This document shows positions 38,678-48,254 of a DNA stretch of 64,000 bases, piece by piece; within the stretch, counting starts at the first letter, position 1; each line of letters opens with the position of its first letter. The notes beneath the pieces are model-generated. The model made no database searches, had not been told where the DNA came from, and saw only the letters and a program-made list of their open reading frames with translations. The position numbers were made by a program, and so were the translations under genes. The stretch is taken from positions 1 through 64,000 of the forward strand of contig CBDCNQ010000003.1 in NCBI GenBank assembly GCA_965219445.1, written 5' to 3'. This DNA comes from Longimicrobiales bacterium (GTDB lineage Bacteria; Gemmatimonadota; Gemmatimonadetes; Longimicrobiales; Gaopeijiaceae).

Positions 38678-39655
38678 CTATGGTTGCCTGGGCGGGTTTC
38701 CGGACCAGTGACGTTGGTACAACACTTGCTCATCCTGTGGGATGTTGCGCGTGATATCGACGGTCATAGTCTGGCCCTCCCACCGTTTGACCAACTGTTC
38801 CTTGCGAAGATGGCCCAGCAGCGTCTCTTCAACCATCTCCACGCATCGGAACTCCAGCAGTCGAGCATTCTCCTCCAGACGACGGTAGAGCGGCATGCTG
38901 ATCGTCCACGGCCGGGTGAACACTTTGGGATCCTCGATGGTGGCTTCGTAGCGGATGGCGTCGGGCCCGATTAGGGTGTATCGCTCGACCACATGCAAGG
39001 CATCGCTGTGGAAATTGCCGGCCCGGTCGAGCCACGTGTTCGACGTGAACGTCGACACGTCGACGACCAAGCTCTCCCCCTCCCATCGGCCGACCGAGTG
39101 TCCCATGAACGCTTCACCGGGATACTCCGGGACTTCATCCAAGTGAATGAAGCGTTCGGCACCTCTAAACTCGAAGAGCATCATGACCCGGTTAGGGCTC
39201 TGAATGATTTGAAACGGATAGGGGAGATACATGGCCCGAGGCACACCAGGCATAAAACACTTCAGCTCCGGGTCGCGGTCCAGCCAGTGCTCGGCGTTTT
39301 CTCTCTGTCTCGCTGCCGCCCATGGCTGGTACGGAATCTCATCACCCTCCACTACCCCGAGCCCCGGGGGGACCCAGCCCGCCGAACCCAGAGCCACCAC
39401 CGGTGCTGCGAGCACGGGGTAATCACTGTGCACTCCTGGGTGCGCCACCATCGGACGCGCTAGATGAGTTTGCAGGTCCCAGTTCGCCGTGTTGTTCGCC
39501 TGCCAAATTCCGCTGAAGTCGGGCTTCCCGTCCGCCGTACGTGGAATCTGAGACGCCGGAGCCTGCTCTGAAGTCAGCCCACAGGCCACCCAGATCAGGG
39601 GCATGAGGGTGATCGTCGCAATCGCTACCATCGAGTTTCTCAACAGGTGCTGCAT
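38678..39655 (-). CDS. secreted hypothetical lipoprotein (GKPDFSGIW family)
   Basis: DPELKCFMPGVPR, GHSVGRWEG, EDPKVFTRPW. Confidence 0.8.
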   Translation of the reverse strand: MQHLLRNSMVAIATITLMPLIWVACGLTSEQAPASQIPRTADGKPDFSGIWQANNTANWDLQTHLARPMVAHPGVHSDYPVLAAPVVALGSAGWVPPGLGVVEGDEIPYQPWAAARQRENAEHWLDRDPELKCFMPGVPRAMYLPYPFQIIQSPNRVMMLFEFRGAERFIHLDEVPEYPGEAFMGHSVGRWEGESLVVDVSTFTSNTWLDRAGNFHSDALHVVERYTLIGPDAIRYEATIEDPKVFTRPWTISMPLYRRLEENARLLEFRCVEMVEETLLGHLRKEQLVKRWEGQTMTVDITRNIPQDEQVLYQRHWSGNPPRQP

Positions 39656-39819
39656 GCGATAGAGTCCTCTCTCAAACCGTCAAATGCCCGGCCCGCAGGC
39701 GCTTGACACAGCCGACGACACTCAGTTCCTCTCGGCGTACGAAATAGCTTCGACCACCTCAGAAGTCAACGACTCGGCAGAGGGAAAAGAAGAACTGGTG
39801 GCACCTACAAAGGACGGAG

Positions 39820-39872
39820 AACTGTTACCCAGGTCTCTTGACTTAACTGTCACCCAGGTCCTTTACCGCTCA
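39820..39872 (+). mobile_element. IS481-like terminal remnant
   Basis: Tandem AACTGTYACCCAGGTC motifs at 39820 and 39845 resemble IS481 ends; no transposase. Confidence 0.4.
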
Positions 39873-39881
39873 TCGGGTAGC

Positions 39882-40868
39882 TCAGCGGCCCGGATGGGCT
39901 TGAAACCACGCAATCGCCGCCGACGCAATGCCTTCATGCTCTCCGTCGAAGATCGTAACGCGAGCCCTCCCGGCGTGACGTCGTAGGAAGATCGGCCTAC
40001 CAAACGATGGGTCCTCCACCTCATCCTCTTCGGTTGGGCTCTCCAGGCGAGGATCGTGGCGCGTGAGCTCGGCGATCTCTTGCGCCGTGACTTGTGGCTC
40101 GCCCAGCGCCTCAGCGATGACGTTGAAGGCTGCAAGACTGTGCCAAATTGGAATGGGTTCGCCGTCGTGTCCGTCGAAGCGCCCAGCAGCGACGTCGAGA
40201 GGCACGTCGGTGGCGTTGGCGAGCTGATGAAGAGGGGAGCGCCGCTCCATCTCGGCAGAGATCGAGGCGTCCTCGGAGGGGTCACCTCCGAAGCACTGTT
40301 GCGTCATCTCTCCGTAGCGATCACCCGCGTGGAAATCGTACCACGCCCGTAAGTCGCTCAGGGGAACCCACGCGCTTGCGGCCGTCCATCGAGCCGGGTA
40401 ACTGGCAACCATGGCCAAGGTCATGAAGCCACCACCGGATATCCCGGTCACATAAACGCGACGTTCGTCGATTCGATAGCGCTCGACAACCCAGTCGAGT
40501 GCGTCAATTACATCCTGTCGGGCGATATCCGACGCACAGGCTTCGACGTTGTCGTTGCGCCCACGGAAGTCCGGAAAGAGGTAGATCCAGCCTCGATCCG
40601 CGACCATCTCTTCTAGATCTTGGCGCCGTTGCTCGAGGCCGGCGCTCCACGAGTGGAGCGAGACCACGATGGGCCGCTCCGAAGCCCCAGTCTCGAAATC
40701 CGGTGGCAGGATCAGGTAGGACGGCTGGCGGCTTCCGTCGACACTGCTTTCCACCTCAACGCGGTGCCGGCCCGGCTCAGCAGGGACCTGGCCTGAGAGT
40801 GGCTGCACCGAGGCAGAGAGGCTGACAACCAGCAACGTCACCAACCCAATCCTGGAAACCGCTTTCAT
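39882..40868 (-). CDS. secreted alpha/beta hydrolase (S9 peptidase-like)
   Basis: VSLHSWS, GISGGG, FDGEH. Confidence 0.85.
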   Translation of the reverse strand: MKAVSRIGLVTLLVVSLSASVQPLSGQVPAEPGRHRVEVESSVDGSRQPSYLILPPDFETGASERPIVVSLHSWSAGLEQRRQDLEEMVADRGWIYLFPDFRGRNDNVEACASDIARQDVIDALDWVVERYRIDERRVYVTGISGGGFMTLAMVASYPARWTAASAWVPLSDLRAWYDFHAGDRYGEMTQQCFGGDPSEDASISAEMERRSPLHQLANATDVPLDVAAGRFDGHDGEPIPIWHSLAAFNVIAEALGEPQVTAQEIAELTRHDPRLESPTEEDEVEDPSFGRPIFLRRHAGRARVTIFDGEHEGIASAAIAWFQAHPGR

Positions 40869-40892
40869 AGGACTCCTCCCACGCGAAGCACT

Positions 40893-40955
40893 GTCTAACG
40901 TCTCTGCGATTCTGCTGCTCGGCTAATATGGTGACCGCAAGCGTAGCGCGCGAGC
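40893..40955 (-). repeat. attC-like half site B
   Basis: Minus strand ...GCAGAATCGCAGAGACGTTAGAC, then GGAGG and ATG of 40868. Confidence 0.55.
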
Positions 40956-41312
40956 CTTAGAGCTAAATCTACTCCACCATCACGCCCCGTACGGTCTCGC
41001 TCCAGAACGAAAGTGGCGGCTCCCCTGCCCGATCCGTCTCGACCTCGAACCACTCGTGCTCATACATCATCTCAAGGAACCACTCGTTCGCCCCATGGGC
41101 CGTCGGGATGCCATAGCGAGGAGATAGCCTGAAGGTGACCAGGCAGGAACTAGGGGGACTCAGCCGGAAAAGCACGGAGTAGGCAGTCTCTGAAACCCCG
41201 CGTAATACGGACTCTTCAGGACATACGCGGACGTAGCGGGAAAACTCCAACCGGTCTCGAAAACCGGCGTGCTAACGGACTTGTGGGTTCGAGTCCCACC
41301 GGCTCCGCTCTC

Positions 41313-41346
41313 GGCCCTCCAGGTTCTCGCCTGGGGGGCTTTTTTT
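41313..41346 (+). terminator. intrinsic terminator (intron target)
   Basis: GCCCTCCAGG...CCTGGGGGGC + T7. Confidence 0.8.
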
Positions 41347-41350
41347 GGTG

Positions 41351-43250
41351 GTGGGCCCGGCATGGGCGATGACTTGGAGGTGAAAGTCCTCCCGGAACCT
41401 GGTCGCAGGGACCGAAGGGAAGCGCAAGGCGTTCGTCGTGAGGCGTACGCTGAACGAAGCGTGAAACGAACCCGTGAGTCGACGAACAGGAACCGGATAC
41501 GAGGCGCTGCGGACCGGGGCGAGCGGACCACTGACCGCGAAGCTCCTGCGACCAAGGGGAAGCGGCGTAGATCCGGCGATTGTGCGGGGAAGGTCATCGT
41601 TCTTACCCGGGGAGGTCTCGCCTGACGCCTGAAAGGGTGACGCCGGCACTGCGCTGTTGGGCCTGCCGGCGGAGCGAGAAGTCAGCAGAGGCCATAGTAG
41701 GCCGACGAAGTGCATGATGCGCTTGGACCCAGCTTTGTCGGACGAAGGGCCGAACGGAGAGGAGAGCGTGACGACCGTGGACCTCGGCAAGGCCATGCGC
41801 CAGGAGTCCAGGCAACTGGAGCTCCCACTGGAGGATAGGGGTGAAGCCCCGAAGGTAGAGGGGAGTGGCGAAGCCGGAACGGTGGCCCATGGAGACGAGC
41901 GCTCAGGAAGCGAGCATCTCCTGATGCAGGAGGTGGTCGGGCGTGCCAACCTCGTAGGAGCGTTGAAACGCGTGCGGCAGAATAAGGGCAGTCCGGGCAT
42001 CGACGGGATGAGCGTGGAGGAGCTGCCAGAGTACTTGCGCAGGCACTGGGGGGAGATCCGACAGCGGTTGCTGGCGGGGACCTACCAACCGAAGCCGGTA
42101 CGAAGGCAGGAGATACCGAAGAGTGGGGGAGGGGTCCGGGAGTTGGGGATTCCGACCGTGCTGGACCGGTTCATCCAACAAGCCATCCTGCAGGTGCTGC
42201 AACCGAGGTTCGACCCGACGTTCAGTCGGCACAGTCACGGCTTCCGGCCTGGGCGCCGAGCGCACGATGCGGTGCGCGAAGCGCAGCAATACATCCAGGA
42301 AGGGAGACGATGGGTGGTGGATGTGGACCTGGAGAAGTTTTTCGACCGGGTGAACCACGACGTGCTGATGGGGCGGCTGGCAAAGCGGATCGAGGATAAG
42401 GCGATGCTGCGGATCCTCCGTCGCTACCTACAGGCCGGAGTCATGGCGAACGGGGTGGTGATGGAGCGGCACATGGGGACGCCTCAGGGCGGACCGTTGT
42501 CGCCGTTGCTGGCGAACGTGCTCCTGGACGAAGTGGACCAGGAGTTGGAGCTACGCGGACACGCGTTTGTCCGGTACGCCGATGACTGCAATGTATACGT
42601 GCGGTCGAGGCGGGCAGGACAACGTGTGATGCAGGCGCTGAGGCACCTGTACGGGAAACTTCGGCTTCAGGTCAACGAGGAAAAGAGCGCGGTGGCGCGA
42701 GTGTGGGATCGACAGTTCCTGGGCTACAGCTTCTGGGTAGCGGCAGGGAAGGTCGTGAAGCGCCGGGTCAGCAAGAAGGCCCTGACGAAGTTCAAAGAGC
42801 GAGTCCGGCAGATTACAAGCCGGAGCGGCGGGCGGAGCCTGCAACAGGTGGCGGAAGAGCTACGGCGCTACGTGCTGGGGTGGAAGGCATACTTCGGCTT
42901 AGCGGACACACCGGGGGTTTTCCGAGACCTGGACCAATGGATCCACCGCCGGCTGCGTACATTGCAATTACGCCAGTGGAAACGAGGAAGGACAGCGTAC
43001 CGGGAGTTGAGGGCTCGCGGTGTGAGCGAGAACCTCGCCTGGCGAGCTGCTCGGTTCGCGCGAAGCTGGTGGCACGTGGCTGCGCACCACGCCCTGCACA
43101 CGGCCTTGCCGGGGGCGTACTTCGACGAGCTGGGTGTGCCCCGGCTCACGCCGTACTGACCTCAACTCACCGAACCGCCAGGTGCGGACCCGCATGCCTG
43201 GTGGTGTGGGAGGGGAAGGACCGGGATCGCCGGTCCTCCCCTATCCCGAT
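41351..43250 (+). mobile_element. group II intron, class C (IIC)
   Basis: 5' end GTGGGCCCGGCATGGG; short DV GAACCGCCAGGTGCGGACCCGCATGCCTGGTGGTGTG; DVI ending CTATCCCGAT; inserted just after a terminator. Confidence 0.9.
41657..43159 (+). CDS. ltrA: group II intron reverse transcriptase/maturase, no endonuclease domain
   Basis: GSPGIDG, RELGIPTVLDR, DLEKFFD, GTPQGGPLSP, YADD; true start probably downstream (e.g. 41795). Confidence 0.95.
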   Translation: MGLPAEREVSRGHSRPTKCMMRLDPALSDEGPNGEESVTTVDLGKAMRQESRQLELPLEDRGEAPKVEGSGEAGTVAHGDERSGSEHLLMQEVVGRANLVGALKRVRQNKGSPGIDGMSVEELPEYLRRHWGEIRQRLLAGTYQPKPVRRQEIPKSGGGVRELGIPTVLDRFIQQAILQVLQPRFDPTFSRHSHGFRPGRRAHDAVREAQQYIQEGRRWVVDVDLEKFFDRVNHDVLMGRLAKRIEDKAMLRILRRYLQAGVMANGVVMERHMGTPQGGPLSPLLANVLLDEVDQELELRGHAFVRYADDCNVYVRSRRAGQRVMQALRHLYGKLRLQVNEEKSAVARVWDRQFLGYSFWVAAGKVVKRRVSKKALTKFKERVRQITSRSGGRSLQQVAEELRRYVLGWKAYFGLADTPGVFRDLDQWIHRRLRTLQLRQWKRGRTAYRELRARGVSENLAWRAARFARSWWHVAAHHALHTALPGAYFDELGVPRLTPY

Positions 43251-43269
43251 GCGGTACGGTAGTCGGAGC

Positions 43270-45423
43270 CTACGGTAGCGTCAGCGCCACCAGCCGCCCC
43301 GGCTGGCCCCGTCTCGCGCTGCCCGACTGCACCACGATGTATTGCTTTCCTTCGTGCATATAGCTCATCATCCCGTACTGGCCGGGGCTCGGGAGCTCGA
43401 CCCTCGCCAGGACCTCACCCGTCCGCTTGTCGCGGGCATTCAGGACCGGCATGCCGTTCTCGTTCACTTCGGTAGTGCCCCGCAGGTCCTCCGTGGTTTG
43501 CAGGAGGAGGTCGCCCATGACCAACTGGATGGAGTTGCCGGTTCCTCCCGTTCTGGGAGTCTCCACTCCCGCCAGTGCCGGGTGGTCCCTGATGCGCTCG
43601 GGAGTCTCACCGATCGGAATGTCCCAGAGCTTTTCGCCTGTGTTCATGTCGTAGGCAGCGAGGGCTTGGTACAGCGGCTTGAAGACCGGCAGGCCCTCGA
43701 CCAGCGGCAGAGCCACGCGGGGGCCGCCGGGCGCAAACCGCGCCACCGTAGTACCTGTGGTCGGCGTATGCCGCTCCCGCCCCCTCCATGACTCCTCACT
43801 CTGTCCGGCCAATCCCCTCATTTCGTCCACACCGTTCGTGGGGGTCATGAACGAGGGAGCGCTGCAGCCGCGGTTGTGGGAGGCGTACATCATTCCCGTG
43901 GTGGGATCCGCGACGGGCGGATGGTAGGTGTTCAACCCGCCCGAGCAGCCGACATTGTTGAGGTAGTCCTCGTTGTGGGGGTAGGGGAGCGACGGTACGT
44001 AGAGGCCCCCGAGCCGGAACTGACTGAGGATAATCTGCGCCTGCGCGTTCAGATCCGGTGTGTAATCGATGACGAACTCGTCGGTGATCCCGTCCGTGAC
44101 GATGCGGTCCAGTGGTTCCGGCCGGGTCGGATAGGGCTGCGTGGCCGCTGTGTAGTTGCCGGGGACCTCGGTCTGGATGACCGGGCGCTCCACGATGGGC
44201 CAAATCGGCTCGCCGGTCTCCCGGTTGAACGCGAAGACGAGACCCTGCTTCGTGTTCTGGATCACCGCTGGAATCTCCAATCCGTCCACCGTGAGATCCA
44301 TCAGAATGGGCGCAGTCGGAATATCGTAGTTCCACTGGTCACTATGGTGGATCTGGAAGTGCCATCTCCGCTCGCCCGTCTGGACGTCCAACGCGAGGAG
44401 GCTGCCGCCGAACAGGTTGTGCCCCGGGCGATGGCCCGTATACGACTGGACGGTCGAGGCATTCGTCACGAGGTACACGAGCCCCAGCTCAGGATCGGCG
44501 GACGCGGGAGCCCACGACGACAGGTCGCCCGACCAGCGCCAGGCGTCGTTCTCCCACGTCTCGTGGCCGACCTCGCCGGGCCGCGGGATGACGTGGAACT
44601 TCCAGAGGTGCTCTCCGGTTCTGGCGTCGTAGCCCATGATGTCGCCCGGGACGTTCTCGATCCGGGTCTGGTCGTAGCTGGGCTCGTGGCCCACGAGCAC
44701 CACGACCACGCCGTTCACCACGATCGGCGGCGACGAGCTGGTGACCATGCCCAACTGCTGTGGGATCCCATGCTCCGGGTCGTACGGCCCGGTCGTCCTG
44801 TTCAGCCAGGGCTCCCAGTCTGCCACGAGGTCCGGGATCAGATCGACGCCGCCGGTCAGGGGAAAATCGTCCACAGGTATGGGGGTGCCCCAATCCTCCA
44901 GAGGCAGCCCAGTCTTGGCGTCCAGAGCCCAGAGGAAGTAGGCGGGCGAGGTGGTATAGATCACACCCCGTCCGTCGACCTCCGCGTAAGCGACGCCCTT
45001 CCCGAAATCCGTCCTCGGCGAGCGTAGGTACCTCATCGTCTCGGGCTCCCTGAACACCCAGAGTGTTTCGCCCGACGCGGCGTCGATGGCCACCACCTGC
45101 CGCCGCTGACCCATGACCGTGTACAACACGCCGTCCACGAAGACCGGTGTGGACCGGACCGTGTACTCGGGGTTCGCCCCGAAGTTGTCCCCCCGGAAGA
45201 TCCAGGCTACCTGCAGATCGGAGAAGTTGGACGCGTTGATCTGCCTGAGCTGCGGAGCGGAGCGGGTGTGCCCGGCGTCGCCTCCCAAGTAATGCCACTC
45301 CCCGTTCTCGACGCCCGTCATCTGCGCGGAACCCGCTGACGCGCCACTCAGGAAGGCCGCGAGCACGAGCACGGCGCAAACGTGGTGTTGTTTTGAGACA
45401 CTCCTTCGACCGGACTCTGCCAT
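43270..45423 (-). CDS. PQQ-binding beta-propeller dehydrogenase (glucose-dehydrogenase-like)
   Basis: EWHYLGGD, WHFQIHHSDQWNYDIP, KQGLVFAFNRETGEPIWP, GKQYIVV. Confidence 0.88.
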   Translation of the reverse strand: MAESGRRSVSKQHHVCAVLVLAAFLSGASAGSAQMTGVENGEWHYLGGDAGHTRSAPQLRQINASNFSDLQVAWIFRGDNFGANPEYTVRSTPVFVDGVLYTVMGQRRQVVAIDAASGETLWVFREPETMRYLRSPRTDFGKGVAYAEVDGRGVIYTTSPAYFLWALDAKTGLPLEDWGTPIPVDDFPLTGGVDLIPDLVADWEPWLNRTTGPYDPEHGIPQQLGMVTSSSPPIVVNGVVVVLVGHEPSYDQTRIENVPGDIMGYDARTGEHLWKFHVIPRPGEVGHETWENDAWRWSGDLSSWAPASADPELGLVYLVTNASTVQSYTGHRPGHNLFGGSLLALDVQTGERRWHFQIHHSDQWNYDIPTAPILMDLTVDGLEIPAVIQNTKQGLVFAFNRETGEPIWPIVERPVIQTEVPGNYTAATQPYPTRPEPLDRIVTDGITDEFVIDYTPDLNAQAQIILSQFRLGGLYVPSLPYPHNEDYLNNVGCSGGLNTYHPPVADPTTGMMYASHNRGCSAPSFMTPTNGVDEMRGLAGQSEESWRGRERHTPTTGTTVARFAPGGPRVALPLVEGLPVFKPLYQALAAYDMNTGEKLWDIPIGETPERIRDHPALAGVETPRTGGTGNSIQLVMGDLLLQTTEDLRGTTEVNENGMPVLNARDKRTGEVLARVELPSPGQYGMMSYMHEGKQYIVVQSGSARRGQPGRLVALTLP

Positions 45424-45674
45424 GGGGCCCTCCTGAGACTGACAACGGACAACTTATGAACGTACGAACGACCTAGTGCGAACGTATTTCGGGAGTTGGA
45501 GTGGCGCAACGAGAGCCTACAGCGCCGGGCCAGCCAACCGGATGACCCTTCTCGACGCCGTCACTGAATCTGGATTGCGGTGGCGGGGGAACGAACGCCC
45601 CAATACGTTGAGGACTGTCGGGGTCGACGTCCGGGTAAGGCGCGGACTCCCACAGTGATTCTTTTTGAAGGAGG

Positions 45675-46241
45675 TTGGCAGTGTTCACTCTGTCCCGTCG
45701 TACGGTAGCCTATCTGCTGTTGTGGATCTTGGTGATCCCACTTTCCCTCGTTTTCGCCCGGTTGTCTGACGCGCAACCAACCGACCTGGCCGTCGCTGCA
45801 GCGCAGCAGGAGCTTGCCTGCCCAGGGGACCGCATGCCGACCCCTTTCACGGGGACGACTGAATCGGGGGTTCCCTCGCCGGAAGCAGTCGTCAGGGGCG
45901 AGCCCCTGACTGGACGTTGGTGGGACCCGGGCTCCCGCTCGTACTGGCACTGTCACGGCGGCGGCCAATACATGGTCGTGATGGAAGGAACAGGGCGCGC
46001 TCAGAAGCGTGGAGAAAGAATGCGGGATCTCCATGTCGGTGACATCGAATTCGCGCGTCCAGGGATGGAGCACTGGCATGGTGCCTCGTCTTCAGAAGGG
46101 GCTCGATTCATCCACCAGGGCCTGAGGATCGACGGGGGAAGCGGCACATTCTGGTTGGAGGAGGTCAGCTCGGACGATTATACGGGAAACGCAGTCGGGA
46201 TTATGTCCCGAATGAGATTTCTGGAAACTGGAGAACGCTAG
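45675..46241 (+). CDS. secreted cupin-domain protein
   Basis: YWHCHGGGQ..MEGTG, EHWHGA, WLEEVS. Confidence 0.8.
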   Translation: MAVFTLSRRTVAYLLLWILVIPLSLVFARLSDAQPTDLAVAAAQQELACPGDRMPTPFTGTTESGVPSPEAVVRGEPLTGRWWDPGSRSYWHCHGGGQYMVVMEGTGRAQKRGERMRDLHVGDIEFARPGMEHWHGASSSEGARFIHQGLRIDGGSGTFWLEEVSSDDYTGNAVGIMSRMRFLETGER

Positions 46242-46270
46242 GCTGGAGAACGCTGGAATAGAGGTGAGTC

Positions 46271-47341
46271 ATGGCCGCGCTTGATCGACGAAACTTCTTG
46301 ACCAGAGCTCTCGCTTCGCTCGGACTCGGGGCTACTGCGGTCGGCGACCGCGTGGCACTTCTCGCTCAAACAGATGCTCCCCAGGCACGCTACCGCATCG
46401 ACGTCCATCATCATTTCGGGCCGCCGACTTGGGTAGCTGCAATGATCGAGGGGGGCCAGCTGAGGTCACCGCAGAACCGCTCGGGGCTGATGAACCCGGC
46501 GAATACGACCTGGACGCCTGAGAAAACGCTCGAGGACCTGGATCGGGGCGACGGCGCCGCGGCGATGATTTCCATTACCAATCCGGGTCTCTACATCGGC
46601 GATATCGCGCAGACGATCCGCCTCGCCCGAGAGTGCAACGACTTCGCCGCGGGCGTCATACAGGCTCACCCCACTCGATTTGGGCTGTTCGCCGCAATGC
46701 CGCTCCCGGACGTCGATGCCACGTTGAGGGAAATCGAGTATGCCTACGACCAGATCAACGCCGACGGCATCGGGTTTATGACGAGCTTTGGCGACACATG
46801 GCTCGGTGACCTGGCCTACAGACCGGTGATGGAGGAGCTCAATCGGCGTAGTGCCGTCGTCTTTGTCCACCCGACCGCGGCGAACTGCTGTCGGGGTCTC
46901 AACTATGCGGTGGGCGTCGGCCCGGGAAGCATGGAATACGGAACAGACACGACCCGGGCCATCACCGGAGTCGTCGTCAACGGCTATGCCAATAGCTTCC
47001 CCGATATTCGCTGGATTTGGTCGCACGGTGGCGGTTCAATGCCGTTTTTGGCCGAGCGCATCGGTGGTTCGCGTCGGAACGAACGGATGCCGAATGGCTT
47101 CGTGGATGAGCTGAAGAAGATGTACTACGACCTGGCGGGGGCCACGAACCGGGGCGTGGTTGCCTCACTGCTGGAGCTTGTGCAGGCGGACCACATCATG
47201 TTCGGGACCGATTTTCCGCCCGGGGGAACCATGGCGGAGTATGCCCAGCGCCTCCGCGGCCTCAACATGTTCAGCGAGGCCGAGCTGCGGCTGATCGAGC
47301 GCGAGAACGCGGTGGCGCTTCTGCCGCGGATGGCGACTTAG
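46271..47341 (+). CDS. Tat-exported amidohydrolase-2 (decarboxylase-like)
   Basis: RRNFL, IDVHHH, FVHP, SHGGG, FGTDFP. Confidence 0.88.
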   Translation: MAALDRRNFLTRALASLGLGATAVGDRVALLAQTDAPQARYRIDVHHHFGPPTWVAAMIEGGQLRSPQNRSGLMNPANTTWTPEKTLEDLDRGDGAAAMISITNPGLYIGDIAQTIRLARECNDFAAGVIQAHPTRFGLFAAMPLPDVDATLREIEYAYDQINADGIGFMTSFGDTWLGDLAYRPVMEELNRRSAVVFVHPTAANCCRGLNYAVGVGPGSMEYGTDTTRAITGVVVNGYANSFPDIRWIWSHGGGSMPFLAERIGGSRRNERMPNGFVDELKKMYYDLAGATNRGVVASLLELVQADHIMFGTDFPPGGTMAEYAQRLRGLNMFSEAELRLIERENAVALLPRMAT

Positions 47342-47423
47342 CTTCAGGCAACGCGACCAAAATGAGGGCCGGGTTGGCGCCGCGTAGCCTGGCCACACGG
47401 CGCTAACCACTCACCTGCGGCTA

Positions 47424-47557
47424 CTTACTCGCCACCGTCGGTAGCGCGTCGGGCAGTGCCGCCGGGCAAATAGGTGGCCTTGATCATCTCGCGGTCCTTT
47501 CTATGCCCGTGAAGATAGACGTCGGCTATGTTCCGCGTGTTGGTGATGTCGTCCAGT
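47424..47557 (-). pseudogene. C-terminal remnant of an amidohydrolase paralog
   Basis: LDDITNTRNIADVYLHGHRKDREMIKATYLP; similar at DNA level to 27445-27540. Confidence 0.7.
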
Positions 47558-47624
47558 GAACGTCAGCCCCGCTGTTCACGAGCCTTGCCGCTCACAGCGC
47601 AGGTTGGCATCGTGGTAGGAGTAG

Positions 47625-48215
47625 ATGGTCATTCGAAATCGGAGAGCTTCGGGTCCAATGCAGGCCGATTCCAAGAGAAAGAATCCTGCTGTGGCGGGCG
47701 TCTTAGGGCTCGTTGGCGGCCCAATTGGCTTTCTGTACGTCGGGTGGCGTTACGCTCTGGCCGCGACCGTAGTCTTCCTGGGCTTCATCCTGTTCTTCTC
47801 GGCTCTGCTACTTGTCCCGTCCTGGTTCAAGTATGTCAATCTGCCGGTCTTCGCGTTCATGGCCTACAGGATTTGCCAGAAACTCAATGGCCTCGCTGGC
47901 CAGGGACAACACAGGGGAGCTTCTGCGTCTAACACGTTGCCAGTCGCGGTCTTCGCCATGACGAGCATGCTTCCTATGATTGCGGGGTTCGACGCGGCGG
48001 TTTTTGGGATCGCCACCGCGATCCCTCAGATCATGCGTGGTGACCTTGGCGGCGGCCTGTTTATGCTGTTGCTCGTGACCCCGCTCTCTGTCGTGCTGAA
48101 CTTCGTCTTCTTTGTAGTGATTGCCACAGGAATTGATCGGGTGGTCACCAGGTTGGTACCTGCAGCACCGACGTACATTTTTCCACCAGCAATAGCCGTT
48201 GGGGAGAAGACGTAG
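47625..48215 (+). CDS. membrane protein of unknown function
   Basis: KNPAVAGVLGLVGGPIGFLYVGW; several TM segments; AGGAG RBS. Confidence 0.7.
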   Translation: MVIRNRRASGPMQADSKRKNPAVAGVLGLVGGPIGFLYVGWRYALAATVVFLGFILFFSALLLVPSWFKYVNLPVFAFMAYRICQKLNGLAGQGQHRGASASNTLPVAVFAMTSMLPMIAGFDAAVFGIATAIPQIMRGDLGGGLFMLLLVTPLSVVLNFVFFVVIATGIDRVVTRLVPAAPTYIFPPAIAVGEKT

Positions 48216-48254
48216 GCCACCCCGAAGACGTAGGCCCTCCCTCAGTCGAGCCCC

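Larger units (their letters stand above)
34240..41309. mobile_element. genomic island at tRNA-Ser(CGA), no integrase
   Basis: 60-bp direct repeat of the tRNA 3' part at 34240-34299 and 41250-41309 (one mismatch). Confidence 0.8.

Noticed and set aside
41250..41309. Second tRNA-Ser gene
   Set aside because: Lacks the 5' acceptor strand and D-arm; it is an att duplication.
41657..43159. Retron, DGR or defence reverse transcriptase
   Set aside because: The flanking RNA has clear group IIC intron 5' end, DV and DVI, and the protein has a maturase domain.
47580..47625. attC site before the membrane-protein gene
   Set aside because: GTTGGCA deviates from GTTRRRY and shows no similarity to the other two sites.
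46228..48240. Short duplications at stop codons (CTGGAGAACGCT x2 near 46230; GAAGACGTAGGCC x2 near 48206)
   Set aside because: Unrelated to each other and consistent with local slippage.
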